Shown piece after piece: positions 39,401 through 49,332 of a DNA stretch of 64,000 bases. Under the pieces are notes generated by a model. It saw only the letters and a list, made by a program, of their open reading frames with translations. It was not told the origin of the DNA and did not search any database. How positions within the stretch are numbered: the stretch's first letter is position 1; each line of letters opens with the position of its first letter. The DNA comes from Polyangiales bacterium. Lineage in GTDB: Bacteria > Myxococcota_A > Polyangia > Polyangiales > Polyangiaceae. The DNA lies in the NCBI GenBank assembly GCA_038230375.1, contig JBBRNJ010000017.1, positions 1-64,000 of the forward strand, written 5' to 3'. A program made the position numbers and the translations under genes.

Positions 39401-41926
39401 ATGGCAGCCGCAGTTCCCCCGCCCTGGCGACGCCCCAAAGGCCTCGCCGCCGTCGTTTCACACTGGCAAAAGAGCGAGATCGTGAAGCCCTGCGTCGTGG
39501 CGGACAAGACCGCCAAGGAAGCGGAGGGCACGTATGCGCCCTTCCCCGCCGGGCTCTCCCCACAGCTCACGGCTGCCCTGCGCGCTCGTGGAGTAGATGT
39601 ACTCTACAGCCATCAGGCGCGCGCCTTCGACGTCGCGAACATTTCGGCCAACGGGGCTTCTGGCCCGAGCGGCCAGGAGCGCTGCGGGCTGGTCGTGGCT
39701 ACGCCGACCGCCAGCGGCAAGAGCTACTGCTTCCACCTGCCCGTGCTCGACGCGCTCATTCGCGACGAGGACGCACGCGCCATCTACATGTTCCCCACGA
39801 AGGCGCTCGCGCGCGATCAAGAAGCAGGCATGCGCGAGCTGATGCGCGAAGCCGGCCTCAAGACGCCCGCCGTGGTCTACGACGGCGACACACCGGGGGA
39901 CGCTCGCAGGTCCGCGCGCGAGATGTCGCGCGTGCTCATCACCAATCCGGACATGCTCCACACGGGCATCCTTCCGCACCACACCGCGTGGGCGAAGACG
40001 TTCCAGAACCTGAAGTACGTCGTCCTGGACGAGCTGCACACCTACAAGGGCGTGTTCGGCTCGCACGTCGCAAACGTGATCCGCCGGCTGCTCCGCATCG
40101 CGGAGTTCCATGGCTCGAAGCCGATCCTGATCAGCGCCACGGCGACCATCGGCAACCCGCGCGAGCACGCCGCGCGCATCTTCGGCATGCCCGAGGAGCG
40201 CGTCGTGTGCATTGGCGAGAGCGGCGCGCCCCGCGGCGAACGTCGCGTATTCCTCTACAACCCACCAGTGGTGAACGCGGAGCTCGGCATCCGTGCGAGC
40301 TACGTGAAGCAAGCGGTGATGCTCGCGGCGGACCTGGTGCGCGCAGAGGTGCCCACGATCGTCTTCGGGCACTCGCGCAACAACGTCGAGGTCATGCTCC
40401 GGTACCTGCGTGACAAGGTCGCCGGCGACATCGACGCAGAGCGCATCCAGGGCTATCGCGGCGGCTACCTGCCCGAGCGTCGCCGCCAGATCGAGCACAA
40501 GCTCCGCACGGGCGAGATCCTGTGCGTCGTCGCCACCAACGCGCTCGAGCTCGGCATCGACATCGGCGATCTGGATGCGGTCGTGTGCGCCGGTTACCCC
40601 GGCTCGGTCGCGGCCACGTGGCAGCGCTTCGGACGCGCAGGTCGGCGCGCAGAGCAGAGCATCGCCGTGCTCGTCACGTCCAGCGCCCCACTGGACCAGT
40701 ACCTGGCGCGCGAGCCCGCATACCTGTTCGGCGCACCCATCGAGGAGGCGCGCATCGATCCAGACAACGTGGAGATCCTGCTCCAGCACCTGAAGTGCGC
40801 CGCGTTCGAGCTCCCTTTCCGCAGGTCCGAGTCGTTCGGCTTGCTCGGCCCCGCGGAGACGGGTGAGGCGCTTGGCTTCCTCGTCCATCACAAGGTCCTG
40901 CACGAGGCCGGCGGCGCGTACCACTGGGCCACGGACGCCTACCCTGCGAACAACGTCTCGCTCCGCTCCGTGGGCTGGGACAACGTCGTGATCATCGCGC
41001 AGAACGGACCCAACGCCAGCGAGCGCAGCCCCGACAAGGTGCTCGCGGAGATAGACTTCCGCGGCGCGCACACCATGGTGCACGAGCAGGCCATCTACCA
41101 GCACGACGGCGAGTGCTACCAGGTCGAGAAGTTCGACTACGAGAACCACAAGGCGTTCGTCCGCAAGGTGGAGCCCGACTACTTCACCGACGCCATGACC
41201 TACACGCAGATCAGCGTGCTCGAGGAAGAGGCCACCGGTGACATCAACGGCAGCATCACGAAGGCCGCCTCTGGCTGGGGCGAGGTGTCCGTCGTGGAAA
41301 AGGTTGTAGGATACAAGAAGATCAAGTTCTACACGCACGAGAACACCGGCTACGGGGAGGTGCACCTCCCCGAGATGCAGATGCACACCACCGCGTTCTG
41401 GCTCACGCTGCCGGAGGAACGCATGAAGACGCTGCCCGGCGGAAAGGCCACCGGAATCGACGCGCTCTACGGCATCGGCATTGCGCTGGAGACAGTGTCC
41501 ACGTTTGCCCTCATGTGCGATCCGCGCGATCTCGGGACAGCCCTTGGCGACGTGGAGCCGAACGACGGCAACGATCCGCCGGCCACGCGGGCTCCCGGTG
41601 AAGGTGAGCTCGATACGAGCTTCGGGCGCACCAAGCAGACCGGACGTGTACCGATGAAAATGCAGGGCGGGCCTCGCCCCGGCTACGATCCCACGCTCTT
41701 TCTCTACGAGCACATCCCCGGCGGGACCGGCCTGGCCGAGCGCATCTTCGCGCTCCGTGCAGAGCTCATCCCGCGCGCGCACCACCACATCAAGAGCTGC
41801 CCATGCGACGGCGGCTGTCCCGCCTGCGTGGGCCCCGCAAACACCTCCTACGGAGCCCATGGTGACAAGCGCCACACGCGGAAGAGCATTGCGCTCCAGC
41901 TGCTGTCCGAGCTGGTCTCCGCGTGA
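39401..41926 (+). CDS. SF2 DEAH-box helicase with C-terminal DUF1998 Zn-binding domain (MrfA/YprA/Hrq1-like)
   Basis: LYSHQ, TPTASGKS, PTKALARDQ, TNPDMLH, DELH, SATIGNP, ALELGIDIG, QRFGRAGR, C-terminal CPCDGGCPAC. Confidence 0.92.
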   Translation: MAAAVPPPWRRPKGLAAVVSHWQKSEIVKPCVVADKTAKEAEGTYAPFPAGLSPQLTAALRARGVDVLYSHQARAFDVANISANGASGPSGQERCGLVVATPTASGKSYCFHLPVLDALIRDEDARAIYMFPTKALARDQEAGMRELMREAGLKTPAVVYDGDTPGDARRSAREMSRVLITNPDMLHTGILPHHTAWAKTFQNLKYVVLDELHTYKGVFGSHVANVIRRLLRIAEFHGSKPILISATATIGNPREHAARIFGMPEERVVCIGESGAPRGERRVFLYNPPVVNAELGIRASYVKQAVMLAADLVRAEVPTIVFGHSRNNVEVMLRYLRDKVAGDIDAERIQGYRGGYLPERRRQIEHKLRTGEILCVVATNALELGIDIGDLDAVVCAGYPGSVAATWQRFGRAGRRAEQSIAVLVTSSAPLDQYLAREPAYLFGAPIEEARIDPDNVEILLQHLKCAAFELPFRRSESFGLLGPAETGEALGFLVHHKVLHEAGGAYHWATDAYPANNVSLRSVGWDNVVIIAQNGPNASERSPDKVLAEIDFRGAHTMVHEQAIYQHDGECYQVEKFDYENHKAFVRKVEPDYFTDAMTYTQISVLEEEATGDINGSITKAASGWGEVSVVEKVVGYKKIKFYTHENTGYGEVHLPEMQMHTTAFWLTLPEERMKTLPGGKATGIDALYGIGIALETVSTFALMCDPRDLGTALGDVEPNDGNDPPATRAPGEGELDTSFGRTKQTGRVPMKMQGGPRPGYDPTLFLYEHIPGGTGLAERIFALRAELIPRAHHHIKSCPCDGGCPACVGPANTSYGAHGDKRHTRKSIALQLLSELVSA

Positions 41927-41952
41927 CGCCAATATGAGCTAGGATCGTGGTC

Positions 41953-44046
41953 ATGCCCCGCGTGACGCGCCCCAATCGAATCGCTGCGCGCGCAGCGGGC
42001 GTCGTGGTCATGGCGGGTGCGCTTGTCACCCTCGCGTTTGGATGTCTCACCGGCTCTGGGCCTTCACTCACCGACGGCATCGACGCCACGCCTCCGCCTC
42101 TCACCGGCCTGGACGACGGTAGCGCTCAACGCGCGGACGTGGACCTTGGCGATCCGTTCGCGCTGATCGGCCTCACGCCGTCGCACGGCCCATTCACGGG
42201 CGGCACGCGCACGGTGCTCTCGGGCCGCGGCTTCTCCACGAAGGTGCGGGTCTTCTTTGGCAGCACCCAGGTCGATCCCAGCGCGGTCATCGCGAACGAT
42301 CCACAGCACGCCGCTGTGGTCACGCCTGCGGGCGCGCCCGGCCCCGTGTCCGTGCGCATCGTGGACGACGTGACGAACAAGGAGCGCACGCTGGCCTCCG
42401 CGTTCACCTACGACGCGCTCGTCGTCACGCCGCCCTCTGGAGCCACCAGCGGCGGCACACGCATCCTGGTCACGGGCGCAGGAACCCACTTCGTTTCGGG
42501 CGCCACCGTGAAGGTCGGCGCGCTCGACTGCGGGGCAGTGGCAGTCACGGACACGACACACCTCCAGTGCGTGACCCCCGCGTCTGCAGGCCCTGGCATC
42601 GCGGACGTGACCGTGACGTTGCCCGACAAGTCCACCGTGCAAGCGCGCGACGCGTTCACCTACAGCGACGCGCCCGACGGCAACCGCGGTGGCCTCTCCG
42701 GCGGCACGCTCTCGGGTCGGATCACGGTCGTCGTCATCGACTCGTACACAGGCACGCCCATTCCGGGTGCCAGGGTGATCCTGGGGACGGACGCGGCCTC
42801 TGCGAAGTCCACGAGCAAGTCCGGCGTCGTGCAGATCGACGATCCCACGCTCACCGGCAAGGTCACCGTCACCGCCTCTGCGAAGTGTCACCAGCCCACG
42901 ACGTTCGTGGACGTGCCGGTGGACACCGTCACCGTGTACCTGTCACCCGTGCTCGACCTGTCGTGCGCCAGCGGCGATCCGCCCTCCATCGGCGGCGGTG
43001 GCGGCCACAACGGCGGCGGCATCGCGGGCGAGCTCGTGTTCCCCGGTGGCGTCGAGTTCCGTCGCGGCAACTGGCAGAACGTCCCGCCGCCCTCTTCCCC
43101 CACGGAGCGCAACGCGGCCTACGTGTTCCAGTCCTCTGGCGGCTCCACGGCGGGGTTCGACCTTCCCGCGATCGATCTGGCGGTCACCACCGACTCACCG
43201 GGCACGCGCGGCTACGCGTTCTCGTCCCTCGTGTTCCCCGGCAACGTCACGCTCTATGCGCTCGCCGGCATCGAGGACCGCTCGTTCTCGCCGCCGCGAT
43301 TCACGGCGTACGTGATGGGCGTAGCACGCGGCCTCTACGTGCCGGAGGGCGAGCAGCTCACGCAGGTGAACATCTCGATGACCACGTTGCTCGATCACGC
43401 GATGACGCTGACGGCGAACGCGCCCTCGCCCGGCCCACGCGGCCCCGATCGCTTCGCAGCCACCATTGCCGTGACGCTGGGCTCCAGTGGCTTCGCGATC
43501 ATCCCAGGTGCGAGCCGCATCACGCCGCTTCCGCTCACGGGCCAGCTCACCATCATCGGCATTCCGTCGCTCGATCAAGGGCTCACCGGCGAGTCGTACG
43601 TCGTGTCGGCGAAGGCGGCCACGGGACCGGAGCTCGTCATCCCGGCAAGCATCGTGTCGCGCGTGAAGACCACGGACACCAGCGGCCCCGTGTCCCTGGG
43701 CGGCTTCCTCTCGGTCCCCGTGCTCACGGAGCCGGGCGTGGCGCCGTGGCCGGGTACGCACCTCTCATTCTCGGGACCGCCCATCTTCGACGTCTCGGTC
43801 ACCAGCATCAGCTCCGACCTCGTGACCTGGACCATCTTCGGACCGCCCGGCGGCACCGCGTTCGACCTCCCGGATCTCACCGCTGTGCCCAGCGCGGATC
43901 CGCTCGGCCTCCGCCACGGCGCGATCACCACGACTGTCTACACCGCACGCGTCGACGCGTTCTCCTATGCGACGGCGCGCTACGGCCAGCTCTCGACAGG
44001 CGCGTGGAACGCCTACTCGGTGGACACGCGACCGGGAGTGTACTGA
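41953..44046 (+). CDS. IPT/TIG-domain lipoprotein
   Basis: LAFGC lipobox; two IPT repeats (PSHGPFTGGT..GRGF; PPSGATSGGT..G.HF..CVTP). Confidence 0.8.
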   Translation: MPRVTRPNRIAARAAGVVVMAGALVTLAFGCLTGSGPSLTDGIDATPPPLTGLDDGSAQRADVDLGDPFALIGLTPSHGPFTGGTRTVLSGRGFSTKVRVFFGSTQVDPSAVIANDPQHAAVVTPAGAPGPVSVRIVDDVTNKERTLASAFTYDALVVTPPSGATSGGTRILVTGAGTHFVSGATVKVGALDCGAVAVTDTTHLQCVTPASAGPGIADVTVTLPDKSTVQARDAFTYSDAPDGNRGGLSGGTLSGRITVVVIDSYTGTPIPGARVILGTDAASAKSTSKSGVVQIDDPTLTGKVTVTASAKCHQPTTFVDVPVDTVTVYLSPVLDLSCASGDPPSIGGGGGHNGGGIAGELVFPGGVEFRRGNWQNVPPPSSPTERNAAYVFQSSGGSTAGFDLPAIDLAVTTDSPGTRGYAFSSLVFPGNVTLYALAGIEDRSFSPPRFTAYVMGVARGLYVPEGEQLTQVNISMTTLLDHAMTLTANAPSPGPRGPDRFAATIAVTLGSSGFAIIPGASRITPLPLTGQLTIIGIPSLDQGLTGESYVVSAKAATGPELVIPASIVSRVKTTDTSGPVSLGGFLSVPVLTEPGVAPWPGTHLSFSGPPIFDVSVTSISSDLVTWTIFGPPGGTAFDLPDLTAVPSADPLGLRHGAITTTVYTARVDAFSYATARYGQLSTGAWNAYSVDTRPGVY

Positions 44047-44049
44047 GGG

Positions 44050-46032
44050 GTGGCGTTCTTCTCCGCGAGAGCCGTGGGACGGGCAAGCCGAAATGGATGG
44101 GCGGCGGGCGGCGCACTGGCGTTCATTGCCGCGGCGTGCGTGCTGTCCTCGTGTCACTTCGATCCCGCCTACCGCGACATCGCCGAGAACCTCGCGCAGT
44201 GCACGGAGGGTGTCATCGAGTGCCGCTCCACGCTGCTCACCACCTGCAAGGACGGACAGGTCGTCGTCACGCAGGACTGCGGCAGCCAGGGATTTGCGTG
44301 CTCGCCTACCCTTCTCGCATGCACGCCCTGCGCGGCCAATACCACCAAGTGCGACGGCGCCAACGTGCTTCGCTGCGATCCGCAGGGCCAGACCTACGCG
44401 AAGACGGAGACGTGCGACGGGAGCCGTGGGATCGCCTGCCGCACAGGCGCCTGCGTACAGCTCTGCCAGGAAGCGCGGAAGAACCGCTCCAACGTGGGCT
44501 GCGAGTACTGGGGCGTGGACCTGGACAACGCGGTCACCAGCCAGGGAAATGCGTCGGCGCAGCAGTACGCGATCGTGCTCTCCAACCCGCAGCCTGATCT
44601 CTACGCGCACGTCACCGTGGAAGAGGACGACTCCATGCCGGGCCAGCCCGCGAGCGTGCGCGTGGTGGGCACGGCCACCGTCACGCCGCGCAACCTGGAG
44701 GTGTTCAAGCTCGGCCCGCGCGAGGTCGACGGCTCCGCGGACGGAACGTTCAACACCGGCACGGGCACCGCGCTCACCCGTCACGCGTACCGTGTCCGAT
44801 CCGACGTGCCGATCGTGAGCTACCAGTTCAACCCGCTCGAGAACGTGAACGTGTTCTCCAACGACGCGTCGCAGATGCTGCCCACGGAAGCGCTCGGCGG
44901 AAATGGCGGGCGCGCGTACGTGGTCGCTGGATGGCCACAGACCATCGCCATGAGCGATGTGCCCGCGCAGAACTTCGGCATCAACCTGCGTGTGTTCCTC
45001 GCGCTGGTGGGCACCAAGGAGAACACCCACGTCCGCATCCACAGCCAGGCGCGCATCATTCCCGGGCCGCCGGTGATGAACGGGCTTCCCATCGGTGGGA
45101 CGCTGGATGCGGTGCTGCAGCCCTTCGAGGTGCTGAACCTGGAGACCGGCGACTTCGACGCAGACTTCACCGGCTCCACGATCGAGGCGGACGGGCCGGT
45201 CGCCGTCTACGTGGGCAGCGAGGCCTCCGACGCGCCATTCTTCAGCTCTCTCGCGGAGCGCTACTGCTGCGCGGACCATCTGGAGGAGCAGCTCACGCCC
45301 ATTCGCGCCGTGGGCAAGACCTACGTGCTGGGTCACGTTCCCAACCGAACGCGCGTGGTTGCGGCTGCTGGTGGTGCGATCTCGATCGTGCCGGAGCCGG
45401 AGTACTACCGCGTGGTGTCCGCGACCGACGCGAAGATCACCGTTACCACCACGCTGCCCGCACCCTACGACACGTTCGACCTGGAGGGCGCCGGCGCGAG
45501 CGGGACGCTTGTTTCGTTCGACAACTTCCAGCTCACGGCGACCGGGCCCGTGATCATCGCGGACGTGCAGGCCAGCCAGGAAGCGGCAGGGGTGCAGCGA
45601 GGCCTTCCGGGGGGTGACCCGAACCTGGTCTACACGTCACCGGTCGAGCAGTGGCGCAGCGACTACGTGCTGCTCACGCCTGACAAGTATGCGTTCGACT
45701 TCCTGGTTATCAGCGCGCCGCGCGGAGCCGCGGTCTACCTGGATAGCCAGAAGGTCGACTCCACCATCTGTGACGTCACCGCGGGTGATGGACTGCTCGA
45801 CAAGGATCGCGGCAGGCCGTCGGACTTCGTCGTGTACCGCTGTCAGCTCTCGTTCCCGGCGATCGATCCGCAGAAGAGCGCGCCCAACAACCTGTCGCCC
45901 GGTCGACAGAATGACGGCGTTCATCGCGTGCAGGCGGACTTCCCGGTGGGCGTTCTGGTCTACGGCTTCGACTCGTTCGTGAGCTACGCGTACGCGGGCG
46001 GCACGGAGCTGTCGGACATCAACGTGCAGTGA
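44050..46032 (+). CDS. Lipoprotein with Cys-rich repeats and an IgGFc-binding-protein N-terminal-like domain
   Basis: VLSSC lipobox; Cys-rich region; GCEYWGVDLDN, YQFNP, SNDASQMLP, DHLEEQL, SYAYAGG. Confidence 0.78.
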   Translation: MAFFSARAVGRASRNGWAAGGALAFIAAACVLSSCHFDPAYRDIAENLAQCTEGVIECRSTLLTTCKDGQVVVTQDCGSQGFACSPTLLACTPCAANTTKCDGANVLRCDPQGQTYAKTETCDGSRGIACRTGACVQLCQEARKNRSNVGCEYWGVDLDNAVTSQGNASAQQYAIVLSNPQPDLYAHVTVEEDDSMPGQPASVRVVGTATVTPRNLEVFKLGPREVDGSADGTFNTGTGTALTRHAYRVRSDVPIVSYQFNPLENVNVFSNDASQMLPTEALGGNGGRAYVVAGWPQTIAMSDVPAQNFGINLRVFLALVGTKENTHVRIHSQARIIPGPPVMNGLPIGGTLDAVLQPFEVLNLETGDFDADFTGSTIEADGPVAVYVGSEASDAPFFSSLAERYCCADHLEEQLTPIRAVGKTYVLGHVPNRTRVVAAAGGAISIVPEPEYYRVVSATDAKITVTTTLPAPYDTFDLEGAGASGTLVSFDNFQLTATGPVIIADVQASQEAAGVQRGLPGGDPNLVYTSPVEQWRSDYVLLTPDKYAFDFLVISAPRGAAVYLDSQKVDSTICDVTAGDGLLDKDRGRPSDFVVYRCQLSFPAIDPQKSAPNNLSPGRQNDGVHRVQADFPVGVLVYGFDSFVSYAYAGGTELSDINVQ

Positions 46033-46059
46033 TCAACGTGCAGTGATCAACGTGCGGTG
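46018..46059. repeat. 14-bp tandem repeat x3 (ATCAACGTGCRGTG) spanning both convergent stop codons
   Basis: Units at 46018, 46032 and 46046. Confidence 0.9.
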
Positions 46060-47894
46060 ACGACCTGCGGGCGCGGCGCGGGCCTCACGGGCGCGCTCGG
46101 CCTGAACGGCGCGAGCGGCATGGGCGTGAGCAGCTGAACCCGCGAGCCTGGCCCCGACTGGCGGACTGCACGTGTGCACTCTGCAAGCGTCAGGCGACGC
46201 GGCCCGAACGGCGAGGCATCCGCGGCGTCCGAGTCCATCAGCAGCGTCGGTGTATCCGTGCCGTAGTCGTCCGGGTGGCCCGGCATGTCGAGCACGACGT
46301 GACCGATCTCGTGTGCAAGCGTCAGGCTGGTGGCGCGCGCGCGAATGCCAGCGCGATCGATGAGGACCACGTTGCGCAGGCTGGAAAAATCGCTGGAGAT
46401 GAAGGACTCACCGATGCGGCCGCTGCCGGAGAAGCGCGGGATGATGATGACCTCGATGGTGGAAGGGTCGCCGTCGTCCAGGGCCTTCACGAGCGTGCGC
46501 TCTTCCAGCGTGCCAGCAACGGAGTCGGAGTCCGTGAAGTGGTCCAGGCCGTCGGCGAAGTCGATGTGGCCCACGCGCACCGTCATGGTCGCGTCCTCGG
46601 GCGGACCAGCGAGCGCAACCTTCGCGAGCTCACCGTTCGCGCGTCGCACGGAGACGTCGGCGCCAGGCCGCGCGCCGGGCATGGTCCGGGCGTTCGTGGA
46701 GATGGTCCCCGTGAAACCCTCCTTCTCGATCGCGCGTACGAACGCCTGCGCAGCGAGCACCGGTCCCATGCCTGCGCCAAAGGTGACACGCACCGTCTTC
46801 TTGTCCACGAGCAGCGCCGCGGAGCCCCCGCTCGCTCCCACACCGCCGGTGTCGCCGAACGCGACCAGATGGGACGGCGGCGGATCCACCACGTGAACGT
46901 CCGCACCGCCGGTGAACGTCACGCCGCACTGACCCCAGATCGCAGACGCGAGCGCGAGCTCGGTCTTCATCTCGTCCGCGGCGGTCTTGTCATCCGTACC
47001 CACGGATGGCGCGCCGCCCTTGTCGAAGCGCACCACGAATGGCCGGATCTTGGCGGTGTACGCGGGCGCGACATCCGCGATGCGTGGCGTGCCCACGCGC
47101 ACGCGCAGCAGTTTTCTGCCGTCGCGCTGCAGCTCCACGGCGCCGCCAACCTCGCCGCGAACGCTGCGACCGGAGACGAGCGGATGACGGCGATCCACGT
47201 CGTCCATGACGAGCCGCACAGGGACGGATGCAAAGCATGCGAGATCGCTCTTGCCGCGCTCGCACGTGGAGCGCTCGAGCGGCACGTCGATCTCGTCTAT
47301 GCGCTGCCCCTGCGCGGCGTAGCTCACGATGTGAATGCGAGGCACCGACTCCGCGCGCGGCGGTGTCTCGAGCGTCAAGCGAAGCGCATCGGGATCGTCG
47401 TAGCGCGCGCTCACGTCACCTTCCACGCGCTCGGGCGGTGTGCGCTCGAGCGAAAAACGACTGCGCACCAGGTCCAAGGGGCGCATCTCCCCGTCCTTCA
47501 AGCCAGCGCCGAACACCAGCACGCGCGCAGCGTTCTGCACGCCACGCGACTCGACGACCACGTCGACGAAGCCGGGCTCGATGCCCTGGATGGCTCCGCC
47601 CGCCGGCACCACGCTGCCCCACGGGACCGGACGTCCGTTGGCGACGATGCGCGCGCGCTCCGAGCCGGCGAACGCGAAGAGCTTCTGGCCTACCACGCGC
47701 GCCGGGAGTGGGACGAGGTCCGCACGAGCCGCGTCGGGCAGGAACGCCTGTTCGGCATCGCGGGTGCCGTCGCCGTCGTCGTCGTCCCTGTCGGCCACCA
47801 CGGATACGAGCAGTGCGTCGTCGGCGCTGCTACCGCGAATGGGAGCAAGCACCAACGCCAGGAGACCAACGAACAGCGCGGGGCGAGTCCTCAT
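46047..47894 (-). CDS. Secreted zinc-metalloprotease-like protein
   Basis: Signal peptide, DRDDDDGDG acidic loop, LAHEIGHVVLDMPGH motif and a downstream LLM (possible Met-turn). Confidence 0.65.
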   Translation of the reverse strand: MRTRPALFVGLLALVLAPIRGSSADDALLVSVVADRDDDDGDGTRDAEQAFLPDAARADLVPLPARVVGQKLFAFAGSERARIVANGRPVPWGSVVPAGGAIQGIEPGFVDVVVESRGVQNAARVLVFGAGLKDGEMRPLDLVRSRFSLERTPPERVEGDVSARYDDPDALRLTLETPPRAESVPRIHIVSYAAQGQRIDEIDVPLERSTCERGKSDLACFASVPVRLVMDDVDRRHPLVSGRSVRGEVGGAVELQRDGRKLLRVRVGTPRIADVAPAYTAKIRPFVVRFDKGGAPSVGTDDKTAADEMKTELALASAIWGQCGVTFTGGADVHVVDPPPSHLVAFGDTGGVGASGGSAALLVDKKTVRVTFGAGMGPVLAAQAFVRAIEKEGFTGTISTNARTMPGARPGADVSVRRANGELAKVALAGPPEDATMTVRVGHIDFADGLDHFTDSDSVAGTLEERTLVKALDDGDPSTIEVIIIPRFSGSGRIGESFISSDFSSLRNVVLIDRAGIRARATSLTLAHEIGHVVLDMPGHPDDYGTDTPTLLMDSDAADASPFGPRRLTLAECTRAVRQSGPGSRVQLLTPMPLAPFRPSAPVRPAPRPQVVTAR

Positions 47895-47934
47895 GGAACG
47901 GAACAACCCCTTCATCGTACGACAGCAGCCCGCC

Positions 47935-49296
47935 TTACTCCAGCCAGCCCCACTGGATGAAGCGAACGGCGCGCTCCGTGAGCACCGGCCGCGGATCGCG
48001 GGCCTTCTGTGCGCGGAGGACGAGCGCTGCCCAGGCGACGTTTCCAAGGTTCTTCGAGCCCAGGAGCTCCGTGGCGATCTCGCGAACGGCGCTCTCACGG
48101 CTCTCGCGGCTCTCGGGGGGCTCGCTCGAGCCGGCCTGGTGAGCGGCGCCAGACGGCTCAGCCCCAGCGCCAAGATCTTTGAGCGCTGCAAGGGCGAACC
48201 CGCGGAGCTCTTCCTTCTTCGACTGTCGCGCTGCGATCTCGAGCTGCGGGCGCAGGTCGTCGCGCCCGTGGTCGCGGGCCAGATAGAGCGCGGCGCGCAC
48301 GGCGTTCTCGTCTGCGAGCGGGAGCACCTTTGTCATGGCCTCCATCATGGGTCGCGCGGACTTCACCTTCGCTGACGCCATGCGGAACAGGAAGGTCATG
48401 TCACGGTTCGCGCTGGGGCGATCGCTCAGGCGTGCGACGAGCTCGATGGTCGGCCGCGTGTCGGGCGGCGGCACCGCAGCGCCACCCGTGCTGTTCGGGG
48501 CGACGCCGTCGCGATCGGTGCCCGACGCAAGCGCCCAGGCAACGAGAGCCCACGCAGCGCGCGCGCTCTCCGGACCGGTGAGGGATTTTCGCTTTGCTTC
48601 CTCGAGCGGGGTGGGATCACCGCCGCGCTGCGCGACCTCGGCGAGGACAAGCCAGCGACCGAGGTGGCGCTCCGCCTCGCGCAGCACGAACAGCGCGCGA
48701 CCGATCTCCTTCGGTGCACGCGGCGTGCGAACGAGCGGCACGAAGATGTCGACGCACATCGTGATGCGGTGCGCCTCCTTGATCATGGGGGCGAGGCGCT
48801 CGAGCAGTGCGCCGTTCGACTCCTTGCGGACCACGCGCGCGGTCTCTGCGCAGAACGACGTCAGCGAGTGACGTGTGGCAGCCAGCTTCGCGAGCTGCGG
48901 CGTGAGCTGCGGGTCATCGGAGAAGCAGGCAGCGCTGAGCGTTGCGCTGCCGCCAGCGTCCTCGGCCGAGAGCGCGGTCTTGAGCAGCGGGATGACGCGC
49001 TTGTCCTGCGACTCGGAGAGCTCGCGGATGGCGGCGGCGTAGAGCTCGCGGTTGGTCGCGCCGCGCTTCACCAGCTCCTGCGTTGCACGCACGAGCGAGC
49101 TGCGGATCTCCGGGCTGAACGGCGCGAGCGCGCGAAGCGCACCAGCAAGGCGGGCCTCGGAGAGCGGCTTGCGACGGAGGACTGCCTCGAGCTCTTCGTC
49201 GAAGCGCGCACGCGCGCCCTTGTCCAGAAGCTCTGCTCTCGCGAGCTCCGGCTTCCGCAGGGCGGGGTGATTTTTCTTCGGAGCCTCGGCTGCCAT
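47935..49296 (-). CDS. Hypothetical helical-repeat (HEAT-like) protein
   Basis: Ala/Leu/Arg-rich helical composition (VRAALYL, LRGFALAAL, VAWAALVL); directly downstream of ileS. Confidence 0.65.
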   Translation of the reverse strand: MAAEAPKKNHPALRKPELARAELLDKGARARFDEELEAVLRRKPLSEARLAGALRALAPFSPEIRSSLVRATQELVKRGATNRELYAAAIRELSESQDKRVIPLLKTALSAEDAGGSATLSAACFSDDPQLTPQLAKLAATRHSLTSFCAETARVVRKESNGALLERLAPMIKEAHRITMCVDIFVPLVRTPRAPKEIGRALFVLREAERHLGRWLVLAEVAQRGGDPTPLEEAKRKSLTGPESARAAWALVAWALASGTDRDGVAPNSTGGAAVPPPDTRPTIELVARLSDRPSANRDMTFLFRMASAKVKSARPMMEAMTKVLPLADENAVRAALYLARDHGRDDLRPQLEIAARQSKKEELRGFALAALKDLGAGAEPSGAAHQAGSSEPPESRESRESAVREIATELLGSKNLGNVAWAALVLRAQKARDPRPVLTERAVRFIQWGWLE

Positions 49297-49332
49297 GATC
49301 GTCAGAAGGGACAATCACAGTACCAGGTAAGC

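Noticed and set aside
39401..41926. DISARM/Druantia-type defence system
   Set aside because: A single fused helicase-DUF1998 gene with no methylase, PLD nuclease or other defence genes nearby; it fits the MrfA/Hrq1 repair type better.
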